Below, piece after piece: positions 15,380-23,446 of a DNA stretch of 64,000 nucleotides; position 1 is the first letter of the stretch; the number at the start of each line of letters is the position of its first letter. The stretch is from assembly GCA_964469575.1 (NCBI GenBank), contig CAYYAP010000001.1, forward strand, positions 2,581 through 66,580, in the 5' to 3' direction. A program made the translations under genes and the position numbers. Source of the stretch: an uncultured Thiohalobacter sp. (GTDB lineage: Bacteria > Pseudomonadota > Gammaproteobacteria > DSM-19610). Under the pieces are notes generated by a model. It was not told the DNA's origin. It saw nothing but the letters and a program-made list of their open reading frames with translations, and made no database searches.

Positions 15380-17092
15380 TTAACGGTGCCATCTGCCGTC
15401 GTCATCATCGTCGCCACCATTCGGCACGATATCCCAACGCGCCATCATGGCGTTGTCTTCGTGCACATTGTTGTGGCAGTGAATGACATAACGACCGAGG
15501 AAATCATCAAAGCGATAGAACACACGGGCGGAATCGTTCGGGCCCAATGTGGCTACGTCTTTGCGTGAGCGCAGTACGCCGGTTGGCGGCCTGCCGTTCC
15601 ATTCCAGCACCTGGAATTCCTCGAAGTGAACATGTACCGGGTGAGCCCAGGAGCTACCGGCGTTACGGAAGGTCCAGATTTCTGCGGTACCCTGTTTGGG
15701 CGCTGCTGAAATCTTTGTCGGGTCCATGAAGTCATGGTTGATCGTCCACAAGCCCATGTCATGGTCAAAGATCCACTCGCGTTCGGCGACCACTTCATCG
15801 AGATTGATAGGCGGTAAGGCACGCATGAAGTCCGGAATACGGCTGTTATCCGGTGCCTCCAGCGGCTTGATACGGAACTGCATCACCGGCATGCGATCCG
15901 GACCTTCCAGACGACGTCCGGTCGGTCCCTGGCCGTTGATCTGTTCCATGATGTTGACCATATTGACTTTATCGCCCACGTTGTAGCGTGAGAAATCGAT
16001 AATGACATCATGGCGGTTAGCCGGGCCAAGCACGATACTGGTAACGCCAACCGGTTCTTCCAGCAGGTTGCCGTCATTAGCGACAACAAACATCTCGGAC
16101 CCGTCAGCCAGTCCCAGCTCGTAGAAACGCGAAGGACCACCATCGTAGATGCGGAAGCGGTATTTACGCGGTTCGACATTCAGGAAAGGTGACACCTTGC
16201 GATTGACGGTAATCAGGTCGCCCAGGTGGCCGTCGGTATCGAACACGTTGTAATTCGGGTTACCGAACTGATCAAAACGCACATCATGCAGAATCAGCGA
16301 GATATCGTACTTTCCATAGGTGCCGGGCAAACGCAAGGCATCCGGGTTCGGATCATTTTCATCGCCCGAATCCAGGTCATCGTAGAAAGTCGACATAGCC
16401 GACAGACCGGCGTACACATTGGTCGCCGTAAAGTCCAGCATGTGATCGTGGTACCACAGACTTCCCAATGCCTCGCGGGTATCGTTTCGTGCGTACATCA
16501 TGGCGTAGTGGTGATCCCAGAAATCGCCAGGGCCAATAAAGTCTTCGGGGTAACCATCACTTTCAGAAGCCGTATGGGCATTATGCAAGTGCGTGGTGGT
16601 GTAAGGCAGACCGAAGGGAATCAGTGTATTTTCGGTCATGGGTAAATCGTTATAGCGACGCACAAACACCGGCTCACCGTAACGCGCCACCAGCTGATCA
16701 CCCGGTGTGGAACCGTTGAATAACCACGCCAGAGAGCCAAAACCCAGCGGGTTCAGCGCCGACAGCTGGGGATGGTAGTTCCACAGGCCTTCGGTCATAT
16801 GCTGGACATAATGCTTGACCGGCGGAAACTCCTCGAAGCGCTGGTGGCGGTTCGGATCCGGCGCCGGCGACAGTGTGGCGGGATCAACCGGCTTCATAGC
16901 CGGCGGAACATACAGTGGTGTGGTGTAGGGTGTTACCGGTGGGCTGTCCGCTTCCGTTAACGGGCTGCGTATACCTTCCGGCCGACAGAGTTGCGCCTGC
17001 GCTACCCGCGGCAAGGCTGCCCCTCCAAAGATTGCAGGTGTACTGGCTACCGCCATTGCACCTGCCTTGAGCACGTCTCTTCTTTTCGCCAT
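15380..17092 (-). CDS. TAT-exported three-domain multicopper oxidase (bilirubin oxidase/CotA-like)
   Basis: All four copper motifs are present: HLHNAH, WYHDH, HPVHVHFEEF, HCHNNVHEDNAMM. The leader is MAKRRDVLKAGAMAVA...PRVAQA. I prefer ATG 17092 (GGAGGG 5 nt upstream) over the track TTG at 17104. Confidence 0.9.
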   Translation of the reverse strand: MAKRRDVLKAGAMAVASTPAIFGGAALPRVAQAQLCRPEGIRSPLTEADSPPVTPYTTPLYVPPAMKPVDPATLSPAPDPNRHQRFEEFPPVKHYVQHMTEGLWNYHPQLSALNPLGFGSLAWLFNGSTPGDQLVARYGEPVFVRRYNDLPMTENTLIPFGLPYTTTHLHNAHTASESDGYPEDFIGPGDFWDHHYAMMYARNDTREALGSLWYHDHMLDFTATNVYAGLSAMSTFYDDLDSGDENDPNPDALRLPGTYGKYDISLILHDVRFDQFGNPNYNVFDTDGHLGDLITVNRKVSPFLNVEPRKYRFRIYDGGPSRFYELGLADGSEMFVVANDGNLLEEPVGVTSIVLGPANRHDVIIDFSRYNVGDKVNMVNIMEQINGQGPTGRRLEGPDRMPVMQFRIKPLEAPDNSRIPDFMRALPPINLDEVVAEREWIFDHDMGLWTINHDFMDPTKISAAPKQGTAEIWTFRNAGSSWAHPVHVHFEEFQVLEWNGRPPTGVLRSRKDVATLGPNDSARVFYRFDDFLGRYVIHCHNNVHEDNAMMARWDIVPNGGDDDDDGRWHR

Positions 17093-17491
17093 TATTCCCT
17101 CCAACTCGGATGGTCAGGATTAAAACGAACCCCCCTCGTGTCAGGGCATCTCCAACCCGGCGCCTGCACACAGGGGTTCGTTGTGTTAGTTTTTCTGGGT
17201 CCTGCGAGTAAATCCCCCAACAAACTATTCAGGAATACGTTGAAAACTGCGGTACTGCCGTATCCTTGGGCTATTTGTATCAGGGTATTCACCTACATGT
17301 ATGTGACTTTTAGTCCTGAAGATAGAAGATATTTTGTGCTATTTCCTGCGTAACACCTTGTCACCCCATGGCAATGTATCTAAAGGCACATATTGTCGAG
17401 CCTGCCGAGTGTTAGGCTTTTTACCAATACAAGCCTTCCACAATAAAAACTGGCGCCCTGACTACTTGCTGTCACAGAGGCAAACACTGCG

Positions 17492-18568
17492 TTGATGACT
17501 ACCGGCACGCTCTACACCCGTTTTTTCTCTCGATTTGCTTGCCTGGTGGCATTACTGACACCCTTGTTCTGCGCCGCGCAGTCAGCCCAACAGCTACTCA
17601 TCCTGCCGGAACTCAGCTACCGGCATCAGGCGCCGGATGCCTCGGGCGAAGATGCGAGTGACCACCGGGCCAGTGTTGACCTGCTCTATGCGCTGGATGC
17701 GGGGCAGTACCGCTTTTTTGCTGAGTTCATCATCAGTGACGAAAAAACCACCTTGTCACGACTGCACCTTGGCTACGAAACCCGCAGCGGGACAACCTTG
17801 TGGCTGGGCCGCTTCCAGATGATCGAAGGCTACTGGAACAAGACCTTCCACTTCCGCAACTACATCCAGCCTTCCATCCAGCAACCGGGTATCGCCGACT
17901 ATGAAGAGGAAGGTGGCATCCTTGCCAGTCATTTTTCCGGACTCAGGCTCAGGCAACGCTGGCAAATAAACAAGGAGTCGGCAATACAGCTGGAGGCCGG
18001 TTTCGGCGTTGGCGCGAAATTCGGCGGCAAGCGCCTGGAGGCCTACGACCTGCTGGATCCTGATGGCGGCCGCAAGCCGTCAACCAGCCTGCGCCTGAGT
18101 TACCAGCCCGAGCCGGAGACCGATACCGAATTCGGGGTTTTTTTTACCGATAGCCGTATCCCGATGAAACAGTCACTGTTTACGCAAAACAATCAACAAG
18201 TCATCGGTGGCTTTGGAAATGCCCGGTTCGGTGCACTGCGCCTGTATGGTGCCTTACACCGGGTGAAAAATAGCCTGAAATCCACATCGGCCGGGCGCAG
18301 GGACAACACGGTCTACAGCCTGTGGATGCAGGGGGACTACCGCCTGAACCCGAACTGGATGCCCTATCTTCGTTTCGAGCACAGCTATGGCGGTCATTCC
18401 GACCCCTATACTGGCCTGTTTCGCCGCTTCGTTCGTGATCGCCGGCTGGCCGGCCTGCGCTGGGACTTTCTTGATAACCAGGCCATCAAATTCGAGTACG
18501 CCAACACCGATTTCCTGCATGAGGACTCCGACCAGTGGGCCGTGCAATGGAGCATGATCCTGCCGTGA
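17492..18568 (+). CDS. Putative outer-membrane beta-barrel (porin-like) protein
   Basis: 358 aa with a signal peptide (LVALLTPLFCAAQSA). Alternating amphipathic beta-strand pattern rich in Y/F/W/G/R. No specific family recognised. Confidence 0.6.
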   Translation: MMTTGTLYTRFFSRFACLVALLTPLFCAAQSAQQLLILPELSYRHQAPDASGEDASDHRASVDLLYALDAGQYRFFAEFIISDEKTTLSRLHLGYETRSGTTLWLGRFQMIEGYWNKTFHFRNYIQPSIQQPGIADYEEEGGILASHFSGLRLRQRWQINKESAIQLEAGFGVGAKFGGKRLEAYDLLDPDGGRKPSTSLRLSYQPEPETDTEFGVFFTDSRIPMKQSLFTQNNQQVIGGFGNARFGALRLYGALHRVKNSLKSTSAGRRDNTVYSLWMQGDYRLNPNWMPYLRFEHSYGGHSDPYTGLFRRFVRDRRLAGLRWDFLDNQAIKFEYANTDFLHEDSDQWAVQWSMILP

Positions 18569-19014
18569 GACAACTGACGGTATGGCTACTGCTGATAACA
18601 CTCACCGGCCTGTCATCGACCGCCATGGCCAAAGAATGTCCTTTGCTGGTGGTTGCCAGCCAGTCCTCGCCCGTTAATGTCCTTTCACGGAAAATGGTCA
18701 GGCGACTTTTCCTTGGGGTGTCCTATCAAACCGAAACCGGCCCGCTGAAACCCGTACGCAACGTGTCCGACACCATGCTGCAGGAAGTCTTTTTGCAAAA
18801 GATCCTGTTTATGTCGAAAAATACTTACCGACACATACTGGCCAACCGACTGGTCCGGCTGCGCGAAGCCGGACCCGCCAAGTACCGGAAGACCGACAGC
18901 CTCATTCAGGCTCTGAACACCAACCCGCGCCTGATATCATATATCTGGCATACACAACTGCCCAGGGATGGCCACCTCAAAACGCTGCTGAAAATTCCAT
19001 GCGATACCGACTGA
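18565..19014 (+). CDS. Small periplasmic PstS/PBP-like domain protein
   Basis: The start is placed at a GTG overlapping the upstream stop (GTGA). The signal peptide is VRQLTVWLLLITLTGLSSTAMA. The body resembles the short phosphate-binding-protein-like domains often encoded next to sensor kinases (VNVLSRKMVRRLFLG...PRLISYIW). Confidence 0.55.
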   Translation: MRQLTVWLLLITLTGLSSTAMAKECPLLVVASQSSPVNVLSRKMVRRLFLGVSYQTETGPLKPVRNVSDTMLQEVFLQKILFMSKNTYRHILANRLVRLREAGPAKYRKTDSLIQALNTNPRLISYIWHTQLPRDGHLKTLLKIPCDTD

Positions 19015-19054
19015 GCGACATCAGGGACAGAAAACAGCGCGCCCATCAGGACTG

Positions 19055-20890
19055 GTGAGCGATATGCAGGCGCCCTATCGTCACAGTGCCATCAGCCGCC
19101 GTTTTAACAGCCTGTCCGGGCGCTTGCTGCTGTCCCTGCTGGCAGCGCACCTGTTGCTGGCACCTCTGCTGGTCGTCTTCGTACTGAACGCCGCGGCGCA
19201 AAACTACAAGGACCGCTTCATCGACCAGGCACGCAGTGATGCGCAATGGGTACAAACCCTGCTGGGGACGCTTTCGCCGGGCGTCGACAGACAGATGTTG
19301 CTGGATGACCTGGTCCTGAATACTTTTCGACAGTCGATACAACTGTTCAATACGCACCACCAACGCCTTGCCCGCGCAGGGGCCATTCCTGAATCATCCT
19401 CCACCAGTCTGCACGAGGATTTTGAGTTCGGGCAGCACAACGATGCGGTGTACTGGATCGAACTGCCGCTAAACACTGGCGCAGATAACCCTGCCAGTAC
19501 GCTGTTGCTGGGTTACGATGAAACACCCATTGCCGACGATATCAGCCGGCTGTATACCCATAGCCTGCAGCTGGCTGCCCTGTACCTGGCACTGATGCTC
19601 ACGCTTGTTGTCGCCTTCAGCCGTTACCTGGCCTCTGCCCTGAAACAACTCGGTACAGCCGCGCACCGTATTGCCACAGGCAGGTATTATGAAAAATTCA
19701 GGCTGCGTAATACGGCGACTGAAATCATTGAACTCGCCGACGATCTGGAAAATATGCGTGAGGAACTGGTTAACCGCGGTCAGCAACTCGGTGAACAACG
19801 CCAGTACCTGCGTACCCTGCTCGATCATATTGCCGAAGGCGTAGTTACATTTAATCAGGAGGGCATCATACAAACCTGTAATCCCGCCGCCCTGAATATT
19901 TTTACCGGTGGCACCAGCCCGCCTGAGGGTCTGAAGATCACCGACTGGTTACCGGACTTCCACCTGACAGCGTTACCGGATAGTGGAGACCGTCGTATTG
20001 CAAGGCAATACCTCGGGCGGCGACAGGATGGTGAATTCATTACCATAGAATTCACACTGACGCGGGTTGAACACAAGGGGCACTACGAATTCCTGGCCCT
20101 CATCCGTGATATCAGTGAGCACAAACGCCTCGAAGAAGAACGCCGAAGGCACCGCGAAGACCTGGCCCATGCACGCCGCCTGAGCAGCCTGGGCGAAATG
20201 GCTGCCGGACTCGCCCATGAACTCAACCAGCCACTCGCCGCTATCAACCTGTACATACAGGGCAGTCTGCGACGACTTGCCGCCTTCACGACGTGTCCGC
20301 CGGAAATCAGGGCTTCCCTGGAAAACGCCAGCAAGCAGGCGCAGCGTGCCGGCGACATCATTAGCCAGATCCGCGGTTTCGTTAAAAAAGCACCCGCTGA
20401 AAACATGGCAACGGACATCAACAGATTGATCAGGGAGACACTCCTGCTGGTCGAAGCGGAACTGACAAACGCCGCGGTAACAGTACACCTGGACCTGGCA
20501 AAAAATCTTCCACCACTGACACTCGACCGCCTGCAAATCCAGCAGGCGCTGATCAACCTGGTTTCGAATGGCATTGATGCCATGGAAACAACCAAAACAG
20601 AACACAAACAGTTGACGATACAGACCCGACAAACAGGATCCACTGTCACAATCGCTATTGAAGACCGGGGCAGTGGCATACCGGAAGCTCTCACCGACCA
20701 GCTGTTTACCCCTTTTGCCAGTGGCAAAGCCACCGGCATGGGGCTGGGGCTCGCCATCAGCCGTTCCATTGCCGAAGAACACGGTGGTCAGCTGAACTTT
20801 ACCGCACGTGCCGGCGGCGGCAGTATCTTTATACTGACGCTGCCCATTACCGAAACGCCTCATACTGATAACCCACCGACAGGAAGATAA
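19055..20890 (+). CDS. Sensor histidine kinase (TM sensor - HAMP - PAS - HisKA - HATPase)
   Basis: 611 aa. H-box HELNQPLAAINLY of the FixL/NtrB-like kinases that partner with FixJ/NarL regulators. PAS segment HIAEGVVTFNQEGIIQTCNPAA. G-boxes DRGSGIP and GMGLGLAISRSI. Confidence 0.85.
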   Translation: MSDMQAPYRHSAISRRFNSLSGRLLLSLLAAHLLLAPLLVVFVLNAAAQNYKDRFIDQARSDAQWVQTLLGTLSPGVDRQMLLDDLVLNTFRQSIQLFNTHHQRLARAGAIPESSSTSLHEDFEFGQHNDAVYWIELPLNTGADNPASTLLLGYDETPIADDISRLYTHSLQLAALYLALMLTLVVAFSRYLASALKQLGTAAHRIATGRYYEKFRLRNTATEIIELADDLENMREELVNRGQQLGEQRQYLRTLLDHIAEGVVTFNQEGIIQTCNPAALNIFTGGTSPPEGLKITDWLPDFHLTALPDSGDRRIARQYLGRRQDGEFITIEFTLTRVEHKGHYEFLALIRDISEHKRLEEERRRHREDLAHARRLSSLGEMAAGLAHELNQPLAAINLYIQGSLRRLAAFTTCPPEIRASLENASKQAQRAGDIISQIRGFVKKAPAENMATDINRLIRETLLLVEAELTNAAVTVHLDLAKNLPPLTLDRLQIQQALINLVSNGIDAMETTKTEHKQLTIQTRQTGSTVTIAIEDRGSGIPEALTDQLFTPFASGKATGMGLGLAISRSIAEEHGGQLNFTARAGGGSIFILTLPITETPHTDNPPTGR

Positions 20891-20892
20891 CC

Positions 20893-21507
20893 GTGACACA
20901 AACCGCCACAGTCTACGTCGTTGATGACGATCCCGCCGTTCGGGATTCTTTACGCTGGTTGATCGAAAGCCTGCAATACCCGGTTGAAACCTTTGGGTCC
21001 GCGCAAACCTTTCTGGACAGCTACTCCCCCGTCAAACAGGGCTGCCTGGTGCTCGATGTGCGACTGCCCGGCATGAGCGGCTTGCAGTTGCAGAAAAAGC
21101 TCTCGGAAGACGGCATCGATCTGCCTACGGTGATTATCACCGGCCACGGCGATGTGCCCCTGGCGGTACGCGCCCTGCAGGCCGGAGCACTGCATTTCCT
21201 GGAAAAGCCGTTCCACGACCAGGACGTACTGGACTGCGTACAGGAGGCGCTGGAACTTGCCGGTAGCAAGCACGCACAGCGCGTAGAGAAAGAAAATATC
21301 CTGGCCCATATGGAAACGCTCACGCCGCGTGAATGCGAGGTGATGAAAGCCATCGTCAGCGGCGCCACAAACAAGGGCATCGCCGAACGCTACGAGATCA
21401 GCGTCAAAACCGTGGAGGTACACCGCACGCGGGTGATGCATAAAATGGATGCAGACTCCCTGCCCGAGCTGGTTAAAATGGTCCTCAGGGTTGAGCCGGA
21501 CGACTGA
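20893..21507 (+). CDS. Response regulator, FixJ/LuxR family (REC + HTH)
   Basis: REC (VYVVDDDPAVRDSL...VLDVRLPGMSG) followed by a LuxR HTH (TPRECEVMKAIVSGATNKGIAERYEISVKTVEVHRTRVMHKM). Confidence 0.9.
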   Translation: MTQTATVYVVDDDPAVRDSLRWLIESLQYPVETFGSAQTFLDSYSPVKQGCLVLDVRLPGMSGLQLQKKLSEDGIDLPTVIITGHGDVPLAVRALQAGALHFLEKPFHDQDVLDCVQEALELAGSKHAQRVEKENILAHMETLTPRECEVMKAIVSGATNKGIAERYEISVKTVEVHRTRVMHKMDADSLPELVKMVLRVEPDD

Positions 21508-21582
21508 TTTTTCCCTGAATACTGCCGTCCCGCGGATTAGACCTTTATTGGTTCAGGATCAGTGGGTATAATCACCGCGAAT

Positions 21583-21658
21583 GGGGCCGTAGCTCAGCTG
21601 GGAGAGCGCTGCGTTCGCAATGCAGAGGTCGGGAGTTCGATCCTCCTCGGCTCCACCA
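21583..21658 (+). tRNA. tRNA-Ala (anticodon CGC)
   Basis: 76 nt, GGGGCCGTAGCTCAGCTGGGAGAGCGCTGCGTTCGCAATGCAGAGGTCGGGAGTTCGATCCTCCTCGGCTCCACCA. It folds by hand into a cloverleaf. It has the G3:U70 Ala identity pair, anticodon loop TTCGCAA, the TPsiC loop TTCGATC and an encoded CCA. Confidence 0.9.
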
Positions 21659-21668
21659 ATTCACCTTA

Positions 21669-22997
21669 TTATTTTAATAGCATCTGGCCGCCAAACATCG
21701 GCAGCCCATGCGCCGCTATATGTCCCTGCATCCCGTCGGAGATCATGAAGACCGGAACCGGCAGGGTGATATTTCGGCTATGCCGCGCGATCCATTCGAT
21801 TGCCTCGTGCATGGTGTAGCTGCCAGGCGGGCTGAATAACGCGCTATTGCCAATTATCCGCCATTTATCCCGCTCCCTTTTGGCCCTCAATTTTGTTTCC
21901 TTGGTTTGTATGGCCGTCCATCCCGAAACACAACCCCAGGTTTTTCCCAGATGGTCGAGGCGTTGCGGAATCGTGACATCGTAGAGCCGCATCACGCTAC
22001 CCAGCGCCTTGCGATAACGCAATTGTTGAATAGCGCCGTCGGTCCAGGCGATACCCGCGTAATGATGGTCTGTGGCATGTATCAGAAACAGCTTGAGCAT
22101 TAACCCGGCCCACGCCCGGCGAAAAGGCGCAACGGGTGCAGACCGGTTAGCGGATTGATGCCAGTCACTCTGCAACTCTTCAATAAAAAGGAGTTTTCTC
22201 CCGTTGATATCGCGCCTTGTTTTTGTCCTTGCATGCACAAGTACATTGCGCGCATAAGAATGCGCACTAAAGTGCGAGCGTGGATAATCGGGTAACAGTA
22301 ATAACCATTCCCGGTAGTCCTCACCGCCGTAGAGGCTGAGGTATTCGTACGGGTTTGCCTGTCGAAAGGACGGACTGCTGTCGCTGTCGGCCACCAGCTC
22401 ATTCACCAGTTCCAGGCGGATTTTTGAAAAGTCCACCCGCTCCAGAACCTGCTCCCTGGTCATCATCCCCACAGACAAGCCCCTCGCCGGGGAAAGCGCA
22501 TCAAGCACGCCGGACCAGCGGATCTCTTCGTCACAGAGGCCTTCCCTTTTCATATTGAGAAGGGTTCGTCGCCATTGATCAGGACTCGCACGGTTCAGGG
22601 GCAAGGCTGCAAGCCGTCGCCTGAGAGCGCTGTAAAGACGCTCCGGGTAGTCGTATTCCAGCGTTTTCAGGCGACAGGGATCATTGGCAATGCGTATCCT
22701 GGCATTATTGATTTCCTGTACTGCAACATCCTGCCGCAGCCATTCGATAAAATACTGCCGGTCGGTATCCGGCCAGTGCTCCAGGCACGGCAGGTCGGAA
22801 AGGGTATAACCCGAGAAGGTATAGTTTTGCATACCTTCGTGCCTGACCGATGCTGTATCGCCCAGTGTGATGTCGATCAGGGGATACAGGCAGGTGATCG
22901 CCGCCTCGCTGTTAACCGGTTTATTGAGCCGCGCCGCGTGGTAGCGCGCACGCACGCTCGTTATCCCTGCAATTCGTCCACTTGGCAGTTCAGGCAT
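21669..22997 (-). CDS. Hypothetical protein, 442 aa, last gene of the cbb string
   Basis: Long ORF starting 8 nt after the stop of the 134-aa ORF. No family motif is confidently recognised. It contains LLFIEELQSDWHQ...APFRRAW...YAGIAWTDGAIQQLRY. Confidence 0.75.
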   Translation of the reverse strand: MPELPSGRIAGITSVRARYHAARLNKPVNSEAAITCLYPLIDITLGDTASVRHEGMQNYTFSGYTLSDLPCLEHWPDTDRQYFIEWLRQDVAVQEINNARIRIANDPCRLKTLEYDYPERLYSALRRRLAALPLNRASPDQWRRTLLNMKREGLCDEEIRWSGVLDALSPARGLSVGMMTREQVLERVDFSKIRLELVNELVADSDSSPSFRQANPYEYLSLYGGEDYREWLLLLPDYPRSHFSAHSYARNVLVHARTKTRRDINGRKLLFIEELQSDWHQSANRSAPVAPFRRAWAGLMLKLFLIHATDHHYAGIAWTDGAIQQLRYRKALGSVMRLYDVTIPQRLDHLGKTWGCVSGWTAIQTKETKLRAKRERDKWRIIGNSALFSPPGSYTMHEAIEWIARHSRNITLPVPVFMISDGMQGHIAAHGLPMFGGQMLLK

Positions 22998-23005
22998 ATA
23001 ACACC

Positions 23006-23410
23006 CTAATCTGATTTCCTGAACGGAATGACCTGCACCCCGTCCTCCGGCAACATATTCTCCAGTTGTTCGCCCAGCAATAGCTCCATGGCCTCCAGCA
23101 CGCGCTCCAGCAGGATATCAGCACTGGCGTGATACAAACAGACACGACAGGCTATGGGCTCATGCAAGGCCGTGCGGTACCCCGTTTCAAAATCCGACCA
23201 GGCGATAACCGGTACATCCCCGAGTGCGCTGTCCACAACGATCCAGGCATCCCTCTGGAGAATCAACGCCAGGCTCCTGAGGCGCGGTAATGCCAGGCGC
23301 AAGCTCTCACCCAGATGGTTTAATGCAATCTGTACATGGTTATAGTGATTGGCATCGAGCCGGCCGTCACGAACCTCATACACCGGAACTTCAACATGAC
23401 GGGTATACAT
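23006..23410 (-). CDS. Hypothetical protein, 134 aa, immediately downstream of cbbO
   Basis: The ORF starts 36 nt after the cbbO stop on the same strand. Predicted alpha/beta protein with no recognisable motif and a weak RBS. Confidence 0.65.
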   Translation of the reverse strand: MYTRHVEVPVYEVRDGRLDANHYNHVQIALNHLGESLRLALPRLRSLALILQRDAWIVVDSALGDVPVIAWSDFETGYRTALHEPIACRVCLYHASADILLERVLEAMELLLGEQLENMLPEDGVQVIPFRKSD

Positions 23411-23446
23411 AATGGATGTTTACCTGATTTCATTCATGGACAACCT

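Noticed and set aside
19973-20899. 308-aa and 228-aa minus-strand ORFs
   Set aside because: They are antisense to the histidine kinase, whose H, N and G boxes are all intact.
21583-23446. Possible tRNA-associated integrated island
   Set aside because: Only 1.8 kb lies between the tRNA and cbbO. There is no integrase, and I could not see a direct repeat of the tRNA 3' end. The two genes are packed against cbbO as an operon extension, and the tRNA is convergent rather than flanking.
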